Source of the DNA: an uncultured Spirochaetota bacterium
GTDB taxonomy: Bacteria > Spirochaetota > Spirochaetia > SZUA-6 > Fen-1364
Assembly (NCBI GenBank): GCA_963820525.1
Contig: CAWGAA010000001.1
Location: forward strand, 1,888,001-1,952,000
Direction: 5' to 3'
Length of the DNA: 64,000 bases
Positions 18,691 to 27,586 of this stretch are shown one piece after another (position 1 is the first letter of the stretch; each line of letters begins with the position of its first letter). The position numbers and the translations under genes were made by a program. The notes below the pieces were generated by a model. The model saw nothing but the letters and a program-made list of their open reading frames with translations, ran no database searches and had not been told where the DNA came from.

Positions 18691-20793
18691 ATGCGCCTGA
18701 GGACCAAGCTCCTCATATGGATCCAGCTCATTCTCCTCCTGCAGATCCTCTTCACGGGAGGGTTCACCCTCACGACGTTCCTGCGCACCGCGCGCAGCTC
18801 CACCCGGGGAGATCTGGCCAGGGGCTGGAACCGGGGGCGCGCCTACATCGAGAGCCTGAAGCATTCGCTGTATACCGACATCTTCCAGCTCATGTTCTTC
18901 CTGAGAGACCGGGCGGAAGCGGCATCGGCGGAGGAGCTCACCGGCTGGCTGCGATACTTCATCAGTCTCACGCACGCCGACAGGATCCTGCTGCTCGACG
19001 ATCACGGCATCGTGCTGGTGGACGAATGGGCGAGGATCGAGCGCAATACAAGCCTTCCCCCCCGATTCATCGACTCCCGCGCCTTCCGCTTCCCCAGAAA
19101 CGCATTCGTGACCGGCACGGACCATACGGGGGAAACGCGGCTGTTCCTGGTGACGGGGACGACCCTCGGAGGGCCCGGCGGCGAGCGGCGCCACCTCTAC
19201 CTCATCACGAACATCGACAAGGCACGGGCCGAAGAGATAAGCGGGGAGGCGGGGACGGGGATCGCGTTCTTCGTCGGGCAGCGCTTCATCGCCTCGGACA
19301 CGGCGAGCTTTGCGCTGGAGGCCGAAGGCCCCGCTCCCTACAAGACCATCGACATCGGAAACCATCCCTACGAGATCTACTGCCAGCCTCTCTCCCACGA
19401 CATCGCGCAGAATGTGCGGCTCGTATCCCTGAAGTCGCTCCTGCCGGAGCGGCTTTCCATCAGGCCCGTCATCATCTCCTACCTCACCGCATTCCTGCTC
19501 ACCTTTGCCGCGTCGCTCTTCCTGGCCGCGGGCATGACCAGCCTGACCGTCTCTCCCTTCAGCAGGCTCAACCAATGGCTTCACGCCTACATGGACAGCG
19601 GGACGGTGGGAAACCTCGACATCCACTCCCGCGACGAGGTGGGCTTCCTCGCCGGCGCGTTCCATGGAATGATAAGCAACCTGATCGAAGAGAAGAGGAT
19701 CATCGGCGAGCAGCTGGACCAGATCAGCCTCTTGAATGCATACAACCAGACCATCATGGACAATATCACGGCCGCCATCATCGTCGCGGACGCCGATGGG
19801 GCCATCGAGTTCTGCAACGGCTACTTTCTCGACGTGACGGGGACGAGCTTCGAATCCCTCAACGGCGCGCCGTTGCCCGACCTTCTAGGCCGCCTTTTCC
19901 GCCTGCGGACCGCGGGCAATGCCGATGCCGATATCCTCCTGGACCGACAGGAGATCCTGGAGGGCCTCACCCTGGAGCGGCCGGGCCGGGAGCCCGTCCG
20001 CTTCACTGCAAAGATCAGGCCCATCAGCCTCTCGGGAAGCCGCAGGGGCAGCCTCATCGTGTTGGAGGACATCACGGCTGCCGAGAGGTTCTGGCAGAAG
20101 ATGATGATCGCGGACCGGGTGACCTCGCTGGGGATCCTCTCCGCGGGGATGGCCCATGAGATAAACAATCCGCTGGGCTCCATCCTCTCCCATGTCAGCT
20201 ATCTGAAGGCCGTGGAGCGCGAGAGCGAAAAGCTCGACTCCCTCTCCTGGATCGAGAGCGAGACGAGCAGGATCGCGGCAATCGTCAGCCGCATCCGCGC
20301 CTACTCGGCTCCGCATGGGGCGCTGGAGCCGCGGGCCGACGTCAACGAGCTTGTGCGCCAGACGCTGGAGGTGCTGAAGTTCACGCTGGAAAATCAGGGC
20401 CTGAGAACGACGCTGGACCTGGAGCAGGGGCTGCCTGCTGCGGCGTGCGCTCCCGACGAGCTCAAGCAGGTGATCCTCAACATCCTGCTCAATGCCTGTC
20501 AGGCCTCCTCCCGCGGCGGCGCCATCAGGCTCGCCACAAGCTCCGGCCCGGAGGCGCGGGTCAGGCTCACCGTCGAGGACGGGGGCATCGGCATCGAAGC
20601 AGCGGACCTTCCCAGCATCTTCAATCCCTTCTTCACGACAAAGGGGGCCAAGGATGGAAGCGGCCTGGGGCTTTCCATCTGCTACGCGATCGTCACGAGG
20701 GCCGGGGGGAGCATCCGGGTTGACAGCTCCCCCGGCAAGGGCACCACGGTGGAGGTGAGCTTGAATGTACATGAATATCCTCATCGTGGATGA
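18691..20793 (+). CDS. Membrane sensor histidine kinase (HAMP-PAS-HisKA-HATPase, NtrB/AtoS-like)
   Basis: Two TMs, RDEVGFLA HAMP, AHEINNPL, NACQA, PFFTTK and GLGL. Confidence 0.9.
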   Translation: MRLRTKLLIWIQLILLLQILFTGGFTLTTFLRTARSSTRGDLARGWNRGRAYIESLKHSLYTDIFQLMFFLRDRAEAASAEELTGWLRYFISLTHADRILLLDDHGIVLVDEWARIERNTSLPPRFIDSRAFRFPRNAFVTGTDHTGETRLFLVTGTTLGGPGGERRHLYLITNIDKARAEEISGEAGTGIAFFVGQRFIASDTASFALEAEGPAPYKTIDIGNHPYEIYCQPLSHDIAQNVRLVSLKSLLPERLSIRPVIISYLTAFLLTFAASLFLAAGMTSLTVSPFSRLNQWLHAYMDSGTVGNLDIHSRDEVGFLAGAFHGMISNLIEEKRIIGEQLDQISLLNAYNQTIMDNITAAIIVADADGAIEFCNGYFLDVTGTSFESLNGAPLPDLLGRLFRLRTAGNADADILLDRQEILEGLTLERPGREPVRFTAKIRPISLSGSRRGSLIVLEDITAAERFWQKMMIADRVTSLGILSAGMAHEINNPLGSILSHVSYLKAVERESEKLDSLSWIESETSRIAAIVSRIRAYSAPHGALEPRADVNELVRQTLEVLKFTLENQGLRTTLDLEQGLPAAACAPDELKQVILNILLNACQASSRGGAIRLATSSGPEARVRLTVEDGGIGIEAADLPSIFNPFFTTKGAKDGSGLGLSICYAIVTRAGGSIRVDSSPGKGTTVEVSLNVHEYPHRG

Positions 20794-22120
20794 CGAGCCG
20801 GGCCTGCGAAACGGACTGGTCAAGCTCCTCGGCCTGCGGGGATACCGCGTCCTGGAGGCGGCGAGCTCGGCGGAGGCGCGGCGCGCCGTGGCGGAGAAGG
20901 AGGTGCACCTCATCCTGCTGGACCTCAAGCTGGGCCAGGAAAACGGCCTGGAGCTTCTGCGGGAGCTGAAACGCGAGGAGCCCGCGCTGCCCGTCATCAT
21001 CATCACCGGCCACGGGGATATCGCGAGCGCCGTGGAATGCATGAAAGCGGGAGCAACCAACTACATCCCCAAGCCCATCGATCATGACCTGCTGCTCTCC
21101 ATCATGGACAAAGAGCGGCTTGCCATGGCGGACAGGATGGACAGCGCGGCGTTCCGCCAGACCCTGGAGGCCGTGGCCGACATGAGGATGGTCAGGAGCT
21201 CCTGCCCCGAGATGAAGCGGATCGAGCGCGTGATAGAAAAGGTGAAGGACTCGGACGTGACGGTCCTCCTCCTGGGAGAGACCGGAACCGGCAAGGAAGT
21301 GATCGCCAAGACCATCCACTATTCCGGAAGGTATCGCGACCGACCCTTCGTCGGCCTGAACTGCGCCTCTCTCAACGAAAACCTGCTGGAGAGCGAGCTC
21401 TTCGGCCACGAGAAGGGAGCCTTCTCCGGCGCGGCGGGCAGGAAGATCGGCAGGTTCGAGCTTGCGGGGGACGGGACGCTCTTCCTCGACGAGATCGGGG
21501 ACATGAGCCTCGCCATGCAGGCAAAGCTTTTGCGGGTGCTGCAGGAAAAGACCCTGGAGCGCGTGGGCGGAACCAAGGCCGTTTCGGTCTACTGCCGGCT
21601 CATCGCGGCGACGAACAAGGACCTTGAGGCGCTGCGCGCAAGCGGCGGCTTTCGCGAGGACCTCTACTACAGGGTGAGCACGGTCTCCCTCCAGGTCCCG
21701 CCGCTCCGCGAGAGGCAGAGCGACATCCCCGAGTTCGTGAAGCTCTTCATCGACGAGGCCAACGCGAATTACCGCCGTGACGTGCAAAGCGTTCCGCCCC
21801 CGGTCATGAAGCGGCTCCTTTCCTACTCCTGGCCGGGCAATATCCGGCAGCTGAAGAACGTGGTCACCAATGCCGTCATCTTGAGCGAGGCGGGAGGGCT
21901 TGCTCCCATCGAGCTGCCGGATGGAGGAGGACAGGACCCGGCGGATCTTCCCCTCGAAGGAACGCTCAAGGAGACGGTCCTTCGGCACACGGCGGCGTTG
22001 GAGAAAGGCATCATCCGCAGAGCCCTGGAGAACAACGGCGGAAACGTCTCACGCACGGCGTTCGAGCTGGGAATCAGCCGCAAGACCCTGTACGAGAAGA
22101 TGCGAAATTACTCGATGTAA
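20771..22120 (+). CDS. Sigma54-dependent response regulator (NtrC family: REC-AAA+-Fis HTH)
   Basis: GETGTGKE, ESELFGHEKGAFSGA, LFLDEIG, FREDLYYR, WPGNIRQL and LGISRKTLYEK. Confidence 0.92.
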   Translation: MNILIVDDEPGLRNGLVKLLGLRGYRVLEAASSAEARRAVAEKEVHLILLDLKLGQENGLELLRELKREEPALPVIIITGHGDIASAVECMKAGATNYIPKPIDHDLLLSIMDKERLAMADRMDSAAFRQTLEAVADMRMVRSSCPEMKRIERVIEKVKDSDVTVLLLGETGTGKEVIAKTIHYSGRYRDRPFVGLNCASLNENLLESELFGHEKGAFSGAAGRKIGRFELAGDGTLFLDEIGDMSLAMQAKLLRVLQEKTLERVGGTKAVSVYCRLIAATNKDLEALRASGGFREDLYYRVSTVSLQVPPLRERQSDIPEFVKLFIDEANANYRRDVQSVPPPVMKRLLSYSWPGNIRQLKNVVTNAVILSEAGGLAPIELPDGGGQDPADLPLEGTLKETVLRHTAALEKGIIRRALENNGGNVSRTAFELGISRKTLYEKMRNYSM

Positions 22121-22215
22121 GAATGTTACATCAGTGAAACGTTTTGTTACCTTCAGGAAACGCTTTTTCCCGTGCTTGGACCCGGTTTCTTGCATTGGCG
22201 TTACCTCAGGGTAAC
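22114..22215. promoter_or_regulatory. Candidate upstream activator sites for the NtrC-like regulator
   Basis: Perfect inverted repeat GATGTAA-N5-TTACATC (22114-22132) and GTTACC-N4-GGTAAC (22200-22215), about 100-200 bp upstream of a sigma54 promoter. Confidence 0.5.
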
Positions 22216-22315
22216 ACCGCCGGAATCTTACTACAATCGGGCTGATCGATGAGGAAGAACGACATTTAATTCTAAATAATATAATTAATTATTAAGAGCC
22301 CCTTTGGATAGACTA

Positions 22316-22331
22316 TGGCATTTTAATTGCA
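22316..22331 (+). promoter_or_regulatory. Sigma54 (-24/-12) promoter of the sugar ABC operon
   Basis: TGGCATTTTAATTGCA has exact GG-N10-GC spacing and is preceded by an AT-rich bending tract (about 22265-22295). Confidence 0.8.
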
Positions 22332-22371
22332 TATAATTAACTATCCGAATTCCAATTAAGGAGGTTTTGGG

Positions 22372-23469
22372 ATGAAACGCATTGTTATCCTCATTTCCGC
22401 CCTTCTCCTTGTGGCGGCCTCTCTCGCGTTCATCGCGGGATGCGCGGGCAAGGGCAAAGTGGCAGTAGGAATAGTCCTGCCCACCAAGGATGAGCCCAGA
22501 TGGATCCAGGACCAGACACGGTTCCAGGATGCCCTGAAGGCGGCCGGCTACTCCGCCGAAATCCTCTTCAGCCAGGGCGACTCCGCCAAGGAGAAGGCGA
22601 ACGTCGAATCACTGATCACCAAGGGCGTCAAAGTCATCATCATCTGCCCCCAGGACGCCTCTGCAGCGGCGGCCGCAGCCGATGAAGCGCATGCCGCGGG
22701 CGTGAAGGTCATCTCCTACGACAGGTTGATCCGCGATACCGCTTCCGTAGACTACTACGTCACCTTCGACAGCGTCGCGGTCGGCGCAGCATGGGGAACC
22801 TACCTGTCCGAAAAGGCTTCCGGCAAGGGCAACAACCTCTACCTGTATGCGGGAGCCGCGACCGACAACAACTCCTTCCTCTTCTTCCAGGGAGCATGGA
22901 GCGTGCTTCAGCCGAAGATCGCAGACGGCACCTTCGTCATCAAGAACTCAAGCGAAGCCATCGCGCTCAAGGGCAAGGCTGATCTCTCCCGCGAGGAGAT
23001 GGGCAGAATCATCGGCCAGGTCACCACGAACTGGAACTTCAACGACGCCAAGAGCAAGGCCGAGGCCAACCTGACCTCCGCCAAGGCCGCCGACAAGGGC
23101 ACCGTGTTCATCTGCGCCCCGAACGACGGCACAGCCCGCGCCATTGCGGACGCTTTCGCCGCCGACAAGGCAGTCACGAAGTACTACATCTCCGGCCAGG
23201 ATGCGGAGAAGGCTTCCATCCAGTACATCATCGACGGAAAGCAGTCCATGACCGTGCTGAAGGACGTGCGCGTTCTGGTCAAGGACGCCGTCAATGCCGC
23301 GGCCGCCTATCTCAAGGGCCAGACGCCCGAACAGACAAACACCTACAACAACGGCAAGATCGACGTCCCGGCCAAGCCGTCCGCCATCATCACCGTGACC
23401 AAGGACAACGTGAAGGCCGAGATCGTAGACTCCGGCTATTGGCCCGCCAGCGACTTCACGGGGCTGTAA
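22372..23469 (+). CDS. Multiple-monosaccharide ABC substrate-binding lipoprotein (ChvE/SbpA/XylF family)
   Basis: Lipobox FIAGC, GIVLPTKDEPRW, SYDRLI, APNDG, GQDA and MTVLKD. Confidence 0.85.
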   Translation: MKRIVILISALLLVAASLAFIAGCAGKGKVAVGIVLPTKDEPRWIQDQTRFQDALKAAGYSAEILFSQGDSAKEKANVESLITKGVKVIIICPQDASAAAAAADEAHAAGVKVISYDRLIRDTASVDYYVTFDSVAVGAAWGTYLSEKASGKGNNLYLYAGAATDNNSFLFFQGAWSVLQPKIADGTFVIKNSSEAIALKGKADLSREEMGRIIGQVTTNWNFNDAKSKAEANLTSAKAADKGTVFICAPNDGTARAIADAFAADKAVTKYYISGQDAEKASIQYIIDGKQSMTVLKDVRVLVKDAVNAAAAYLKGQTPEQTNTYNNGKIDVPAKPSAIITVTKDNVKAEIVDSGYWPASDFTGL

Positions 23470-23495
23470 GAGAGTATCTGACCGCATCTTTTTTC

Positions 23496-23529
23496 CGGAA
23501 TAGTGGTGGACGCATCCACCACTATTCCG
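23496..23529 (+). terminator. Perfect 15-bp stem-loop after the SBP gene (mRNA stabiliser or attenuator)
   Basis: CGGAATAGTGGTGGA-CGCA-TCCACCACTATTCCG. Confidence 0.65.
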
Positions 23530-23575
23530 CTACTATTTGCGTGCACCAATCGCATCTCCAGGAGTCGATAAGCCT

Positions 23576-25096
23576 ATGGACACTCCCATATTAGAGATGA
23601 AAAACATCACCAAGACCTTCCCCGGCGTCAAAGCCCTGAGCGACGTGAGCTTTCGAGTCAAGGAGCACGAGATCCATTGCCTCGTGGGGGAAAACGGCGC
23701 GGGCAAATCCACCCTCATGAAGGTCTTAAGCGGGGTATATCCCCACGGTGAATACACGGGGGAGATCCTTTTCGGCGGAAAATCCCAGGTCTTCCGGGGC
23801 ATCAGCGACAGCGAAAGGGCCGGGATCGCCATCATCTATCAGGAGCTGGCGCTCGTTCCCGAGATGACGGTATACGAAAACATTTTTCTCGGCAACGAAA
23901 TCACAAACGGCTTCCTGGTGGACTGGAATGAAACGATCAAGAGGGCGAGCGAAATGCTCGCCAAGGTGCGGCTTTCCGTGAACCCCGACACGAAGGTCAA
24001 GGAGCTTGGCGTGGGAAAGCAGCAGTTGATCGAGATCGCCAAGGCGCTGAGCAGGGACGTGAAGCTTCTCATCCTGGACGAACCGACCGCGTCGCTGAAC
24101 GAGGACGACTGCGAGAACCTGCTGAATCTGGTGCGCGGCCTCAAGCACCAGGGGGTGACCTGCGTGCTGATTTCGCACAAGCTGAAGGAAGTGATCAAGA
24201 TCGCGGACACGGTCACCGTCCTTCGCGACGGCCAGACCATCTGCACGCTGGATGCCGGCAAGGGAGAGGTGTCGGAGGGCGTGCTGATCAAGCACATGGT
24301 GGGACGCGAGATCGACAACATCTATCCCCGGAGAAAACACCAGAGATCCGAGGACGTGGTGCTGGAGGTCAGGAACTGGAGCGCCTTCGACCCGAAGCTC
24401 GGACGGACCATCCTCAAGGACATCGCCTTCACCCTGAAGAAGGGCGAGATCGTGGGCTTCGCCGGCCTGATGGGGTCCGGACGCACGGAGCTGGCCAAGA
24501 GCGTATTCGGAAATCCGGACGGCTACCGGATACGCGGGGAGATGTTCATCAAGGGAAAAGGGACGCGCTTCAATCACCCCCACGACGCCATCGGCGCAGG
24601 GGTCGCCTACGCCACCGAGGACAGGAAAGGCAACGGCCTCATTCTCATCCAGGACGTGAAACAGAACATCACCCTCGCCAATTTGCACGAGATAGCGAAC
24701 CGCGGCGTCATAGACGAAAACAAAGAGGTGAAGGTGGCGGACGAATACAAGACCGCCCTCAACATCAAGACGCCGAGCGTCGAGCAGATCGTCTCCAACT
24801 TAAGCGGCGGAAACCAGCAGAAGGTATCGGTGGCCAAATGGCTGTTCGTCAAACCCGAGGTGCTCATCCTGGACGAGCCGACGCGCGGCATCGACGTCGG
24901 CGCGAAATACGAGATCTACACCATCATGAACAGGCTGGTGGAACAGGGGATGAGCATCATCATGATATCCTCCGAGCTGCCCGAGATCCTCGGGATGAGC
25001 GACAGGGTGTACATCGTTTCTTCCGGCAGAATCGCAGGGGAGATGCCGACGGGGGAAGCGACGCAGGAAAAAATCATGGAGATGGCGACGAACTAG
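23576..25096 (+). CDS. mmsA: Monosaccharide ABC ATPase with two NBDs (MmsA/GguA/XylG-like)
   Basis: GENGAGKSTLMKVLSGVYPHG, LSGGNQQK and DEPTRGIDVGAK. Confidence 0.85.
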   Translation: MDTPILEMKNITKTFPGVKALSDVSFRVKEHEIHCLVGENGAGKSTLMKVLSGVYPHGEYTGEILFGGKSQVFRGISDSERAGIAIIYQELALVPEMTVYENIFLGNEITNGFLVDWNETIKRASEMLAKVRLSVNPDTKVKELGVGKQQLIEIAKALSRDVKLLILDEPTASLNEDDCENLLNLVRGLKHQGVTCVLISHKLKEVIKIADTVTVLRDGQTICTLDAGKGEVSEGVLIKHMVGREIDNIYPRRKHQRSEDVVLEVRNWSAFDPKLGRTILKDIAFTLKKGEIVGFAGLMGSGRTELAKSVFGNPDGYRIRGEMFIKGKGTRFNHPHDAIGAGVAYATEDRKGNGLILIQDVKQNITLANLHEIANRGVIDENKEVKVADEYKTALNIKTPSVEQIVSNLSGGNQQKVSVAKWLFVKPEVLILDEPTRGIDVGAKYEIYTIMNRLVEQGMSIIMISSELPEILGMSDRVYIVSSGRIAGEMPTGEATQEKIMEMATN

Positions 25097-25108
25097 AGGA
25101 GGCGAAAC

Positions 25109-26296
25109 GTGACTGCAAAAGACCTGCAAAGGGTGATGCGGCAGAACATCCGCGAATACGGAATGTACATCGCCCTCTTCATCATCATGGCGATCTTCAC
25201 GGCCACGACGGGCGGCAGCTTCATCTCGTCCCGGAACATCAGCGACCTGATAAACCAGACCGGCTACATCGCGGTGCTGGCGGTCGGCATGACGCTGGTC
25301 ATCGTCATCAGGCACATCGACCTTTCCGTCGGATTTCTCGCGGGCTTCCTGGGAGCGATCGCGGCGATCGCGCTCGTCTTCTGGCACTTTCCCGTCTACG
25401 TCGTCATCCCGCTCGTGCTCGGGCTGGGAGTCGCCGCGGGGGTGGTCACCGCTTTTCCGGTGGCGCAATTGGGAATTCCCTCCTTCGTGGCGTCGCTGGC
25501 GGGATGGCTGATCTATCGAGGCGCGCTGCTCCTCGTCACCTTGAAGACGGGGACGATCATCGTCCCTGACCCCGTCTTCAACGCCCTGAGCAACGGCTAC
25601 ATTCCCGACATTCTGCCTGCCGCGTTCCTGCCCGGCGTGCACAAGCTCACGCTCATCCTGGGCGCCGTGGCCATCGTGTGGTACATGAATACACAACTGA
25701 GAAACCGCAAAAACAAGCTCGCCTATAACTTCGAAGTGCTGCCCAAGGACATGTTCGTGCTGAAGCTGATTTTCATATCGGCTCTGCTCGCCGTGATCAC
25801 GTGGGTGCTTTCGGGATACAATGGCCTTTCCTGGTCCGCCGTCATCGTGCTGCTGGTGGTCGCCATCTATCATTTTGTCACCTCGCGGACGGTGCTCGGC
25901 AGGCACATCTACGCCATCGGTGGAAACCCGGAAGCGGCGGAGCTCTCCGGCATCAGCGTGAAGAAACTCACCTACGTGGTTTTCGGCTCCATGGGCATGC
26001 TTTCCGCCCTATCCGGCATCCTGTTCACGTCCCGCCTGCGCTCCGCCACGACAGTGGCGGGAACCCTCTTCGAGCTTGACTCCATCGCGGCCGCCTACAT
26101 CGGCGGGGTATCCGCGGCGGGCGGGGTGGGCAAGGTGGCGGGGTCCCTCATCGGCGCGCTGGTGTATATATCGCTCACCAACGGCATGAACCTGATGACC
26201 ACCGACATCTCCCTGCAGTATATCGTCCGCGGGGCCGTGCTGGCAGCGGCCGTCATATTCGACGTCGCGACGCGGCGCGGCGGGGGTGGAAAATAA
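25109..26296 (+). CDS. mmsB: Monosaccharide ABC permease (MmsB/GguB/XylH-like)
   Basis: HIDLSVG, IPSFVASL, GRHIYAIGGNPEAAELSGI and FELDSIAA. Confidence 0.85.
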   Translation: MTAKDLQRVMRQNIREYGMYIALFIIMAIFTATTGGSFISSRNISDLINQTGYIAVLAVGMTLVIVIRHIDLSVGFLAGFLGAIAAIALVFWHFPVYVVIPLVLGLGVAAGVVTAFPVAQLGIPSFVASLAGWLIYRGALLLVTLKTGTIIVPDPVFNALSNGYIPDILPAAFLPGVHKLTLILGAVAIVWYMNTQLRNRKNKLAYNFEVLPKDMFVLKLIFISALLAVITWVLSGYNGLSWSAVIVLLVVAIYHFVTSRTVLGRHIYAIGGNPEAAELSGISVKKLTYVVFGSMGMLSALSGILFTSRLRSATTVAGTLFELDSIAAAYIGGVSAAGGVGKVAGSLIGALVYISLTNGMNLMTTDISLQYIVRGAVLAAAVIFDVATRRGGGGK

Positions 26297-26328
26297 GGCC
26301 TCCCGCAGCCCTTCTGGCGGGGGCGCTT

Positions 26329-27564
26329 TTGTGCATGGTGCCGGGAGCGCTCTCCGCCCGCGGCGGCGTGGAAGCGGGGGAATCGGACGCCCGCAAGCTG
26401 GAGATCTTCAGCTGGTGGACCGCCGGCGGCGAGGCCGACGGGCTTACGGCCATGGCGCAGATCTACAAGCGGCAGCACCCCGACATCGAGTTCATCAACG
26501 CCACGGTGGCCGGAGGGGCCGGCTCCATCGCCAAGTCTGTGCTGGCCACGCGGATGCAGGGCGGAAATCCGCCGGATTCCTTCCAGGTTCACGCCGGTCA
26601 CGAGCTTATAGACACCTGGGTGGCGGCGGGAAAGATGGAGCCCATCACCTTTGTCTTCAGGCGGAACGGAGACCTTGACAAGTTTCCCAAGGGGCTGATC
26701 GACATCATCTCCTCCAAGGGAGAGATCTACAGCGTGCCCGTGAACATTCACCGCTCCAATGTCCTGTGGTACAACAAGAGGATCTTCTCTTCCTCCCGGC
26801 TGGCCCCTCCAAAGACCCTGGGCGAGCTGGTGAGAGTGGCTGAAAAGCTCGCCTCCCGGGGAATCACCCCCCTCGCCCTCGGAGACAACGGGATCTGGGC
26901 GTCCACGCACCTCTTCGAGAGCATCCTCCTGGGCACGCTTGGCCCCGAGGCGTACAAGGGCCTGTGGACCGGCAGAACGGCCTGGGAAGGGACCGGGGTG
27001 AAGAGCGCGCTGGTCACCTTCGCCCGGCTCATGGAGTACGTGAACACGGACCACGCGGCCCTGAGCTGGGACGCCGCGGCCCAGTACGTCATCGACGGCA
27101 AGTGCGCCATGACCGTCATGGGCGACTGGGTTGAAGGCTACTTCACGGCCAAGGGCTTGAAGCCGAACCTCGAGTTCGGCTGGGTGCCCTCCCCCGGAAC
27201 GGACGGCTCCTTCATCATGCTCTCCGACTCCTTCGGCCTGCCCAAGGGGGCCCCCCACCGGGACGCAGCCATAAAATGGCTGGCCCTCTGCGCGTCCCGG
27301 GAGGGACAGGACGCCTTCAACCCCAAGAAGGGCTCCATCCCCTCGCGCGTGGACTGCGACAAGAGCCTCTACGACGCATACCTGAAATCCGCCATGGACG
27401 AGTTCGCCGCTGACACCATCGTTCCCAGCGTCACCCACGGCGCGGCTGCCTCTGAAGGCTGGCTCACCTCCATCAACGACGCCATGGCCGCATTCGTCTC
27501 GGACCTCAACGTCGACAAGGCCGCATCCCAGCTCGCCGGGGCGGCGCGGATGTACGCGCGGTAG
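26329..27564 (+). CDS. Carbohydrate ABC substrate-binding protein, family 1 (glucose-binding GtsA-like); exact start uncertain
   Basis: LEIFSWWTAGGEADGL, GNPPDSFQ, PVNIHRSN, MGDW and FNPKKGSIP. Confidence 0.8.
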   Translation: MCMVPGALSARGGVEAGESDARKLEIFSWWTAGGEADGLTAMAQIYKRQHPDIEFINATVAGGAGSIAKSVLATRMQGGNPPDSFQVHAGHELIDTWVAAGKMEPITFVFRRNGDLDKFPKGLIDIISSKGEIYSVPVNIHRSNVLWYNKRIFSSSRLAPPKTLGELVRVAEKLASRGITPLALGDNGIWASTHLFESILLGTLGPEAYKGLWTGRTAWEGTGVKSALVTFARLMEYVNTDHAALSWDAAAQYVIDGKCAMTVMGDWVEGYFTAKGLKPNLEFGWVPSPGTDGSFIMLSDSFGLPKGAPHRDAAIKWLALCASREGQDAFNPKKGSIPSRVDCDKSLYDAYLKSAMDEFAADTIVPSVTHGAAASEGWLTSINDAMAAFVSDLNVDKAASQLAGAARMYAR

Positions 27565-27586
27565 CCGCTGGACAAGGAGGCTTTCC

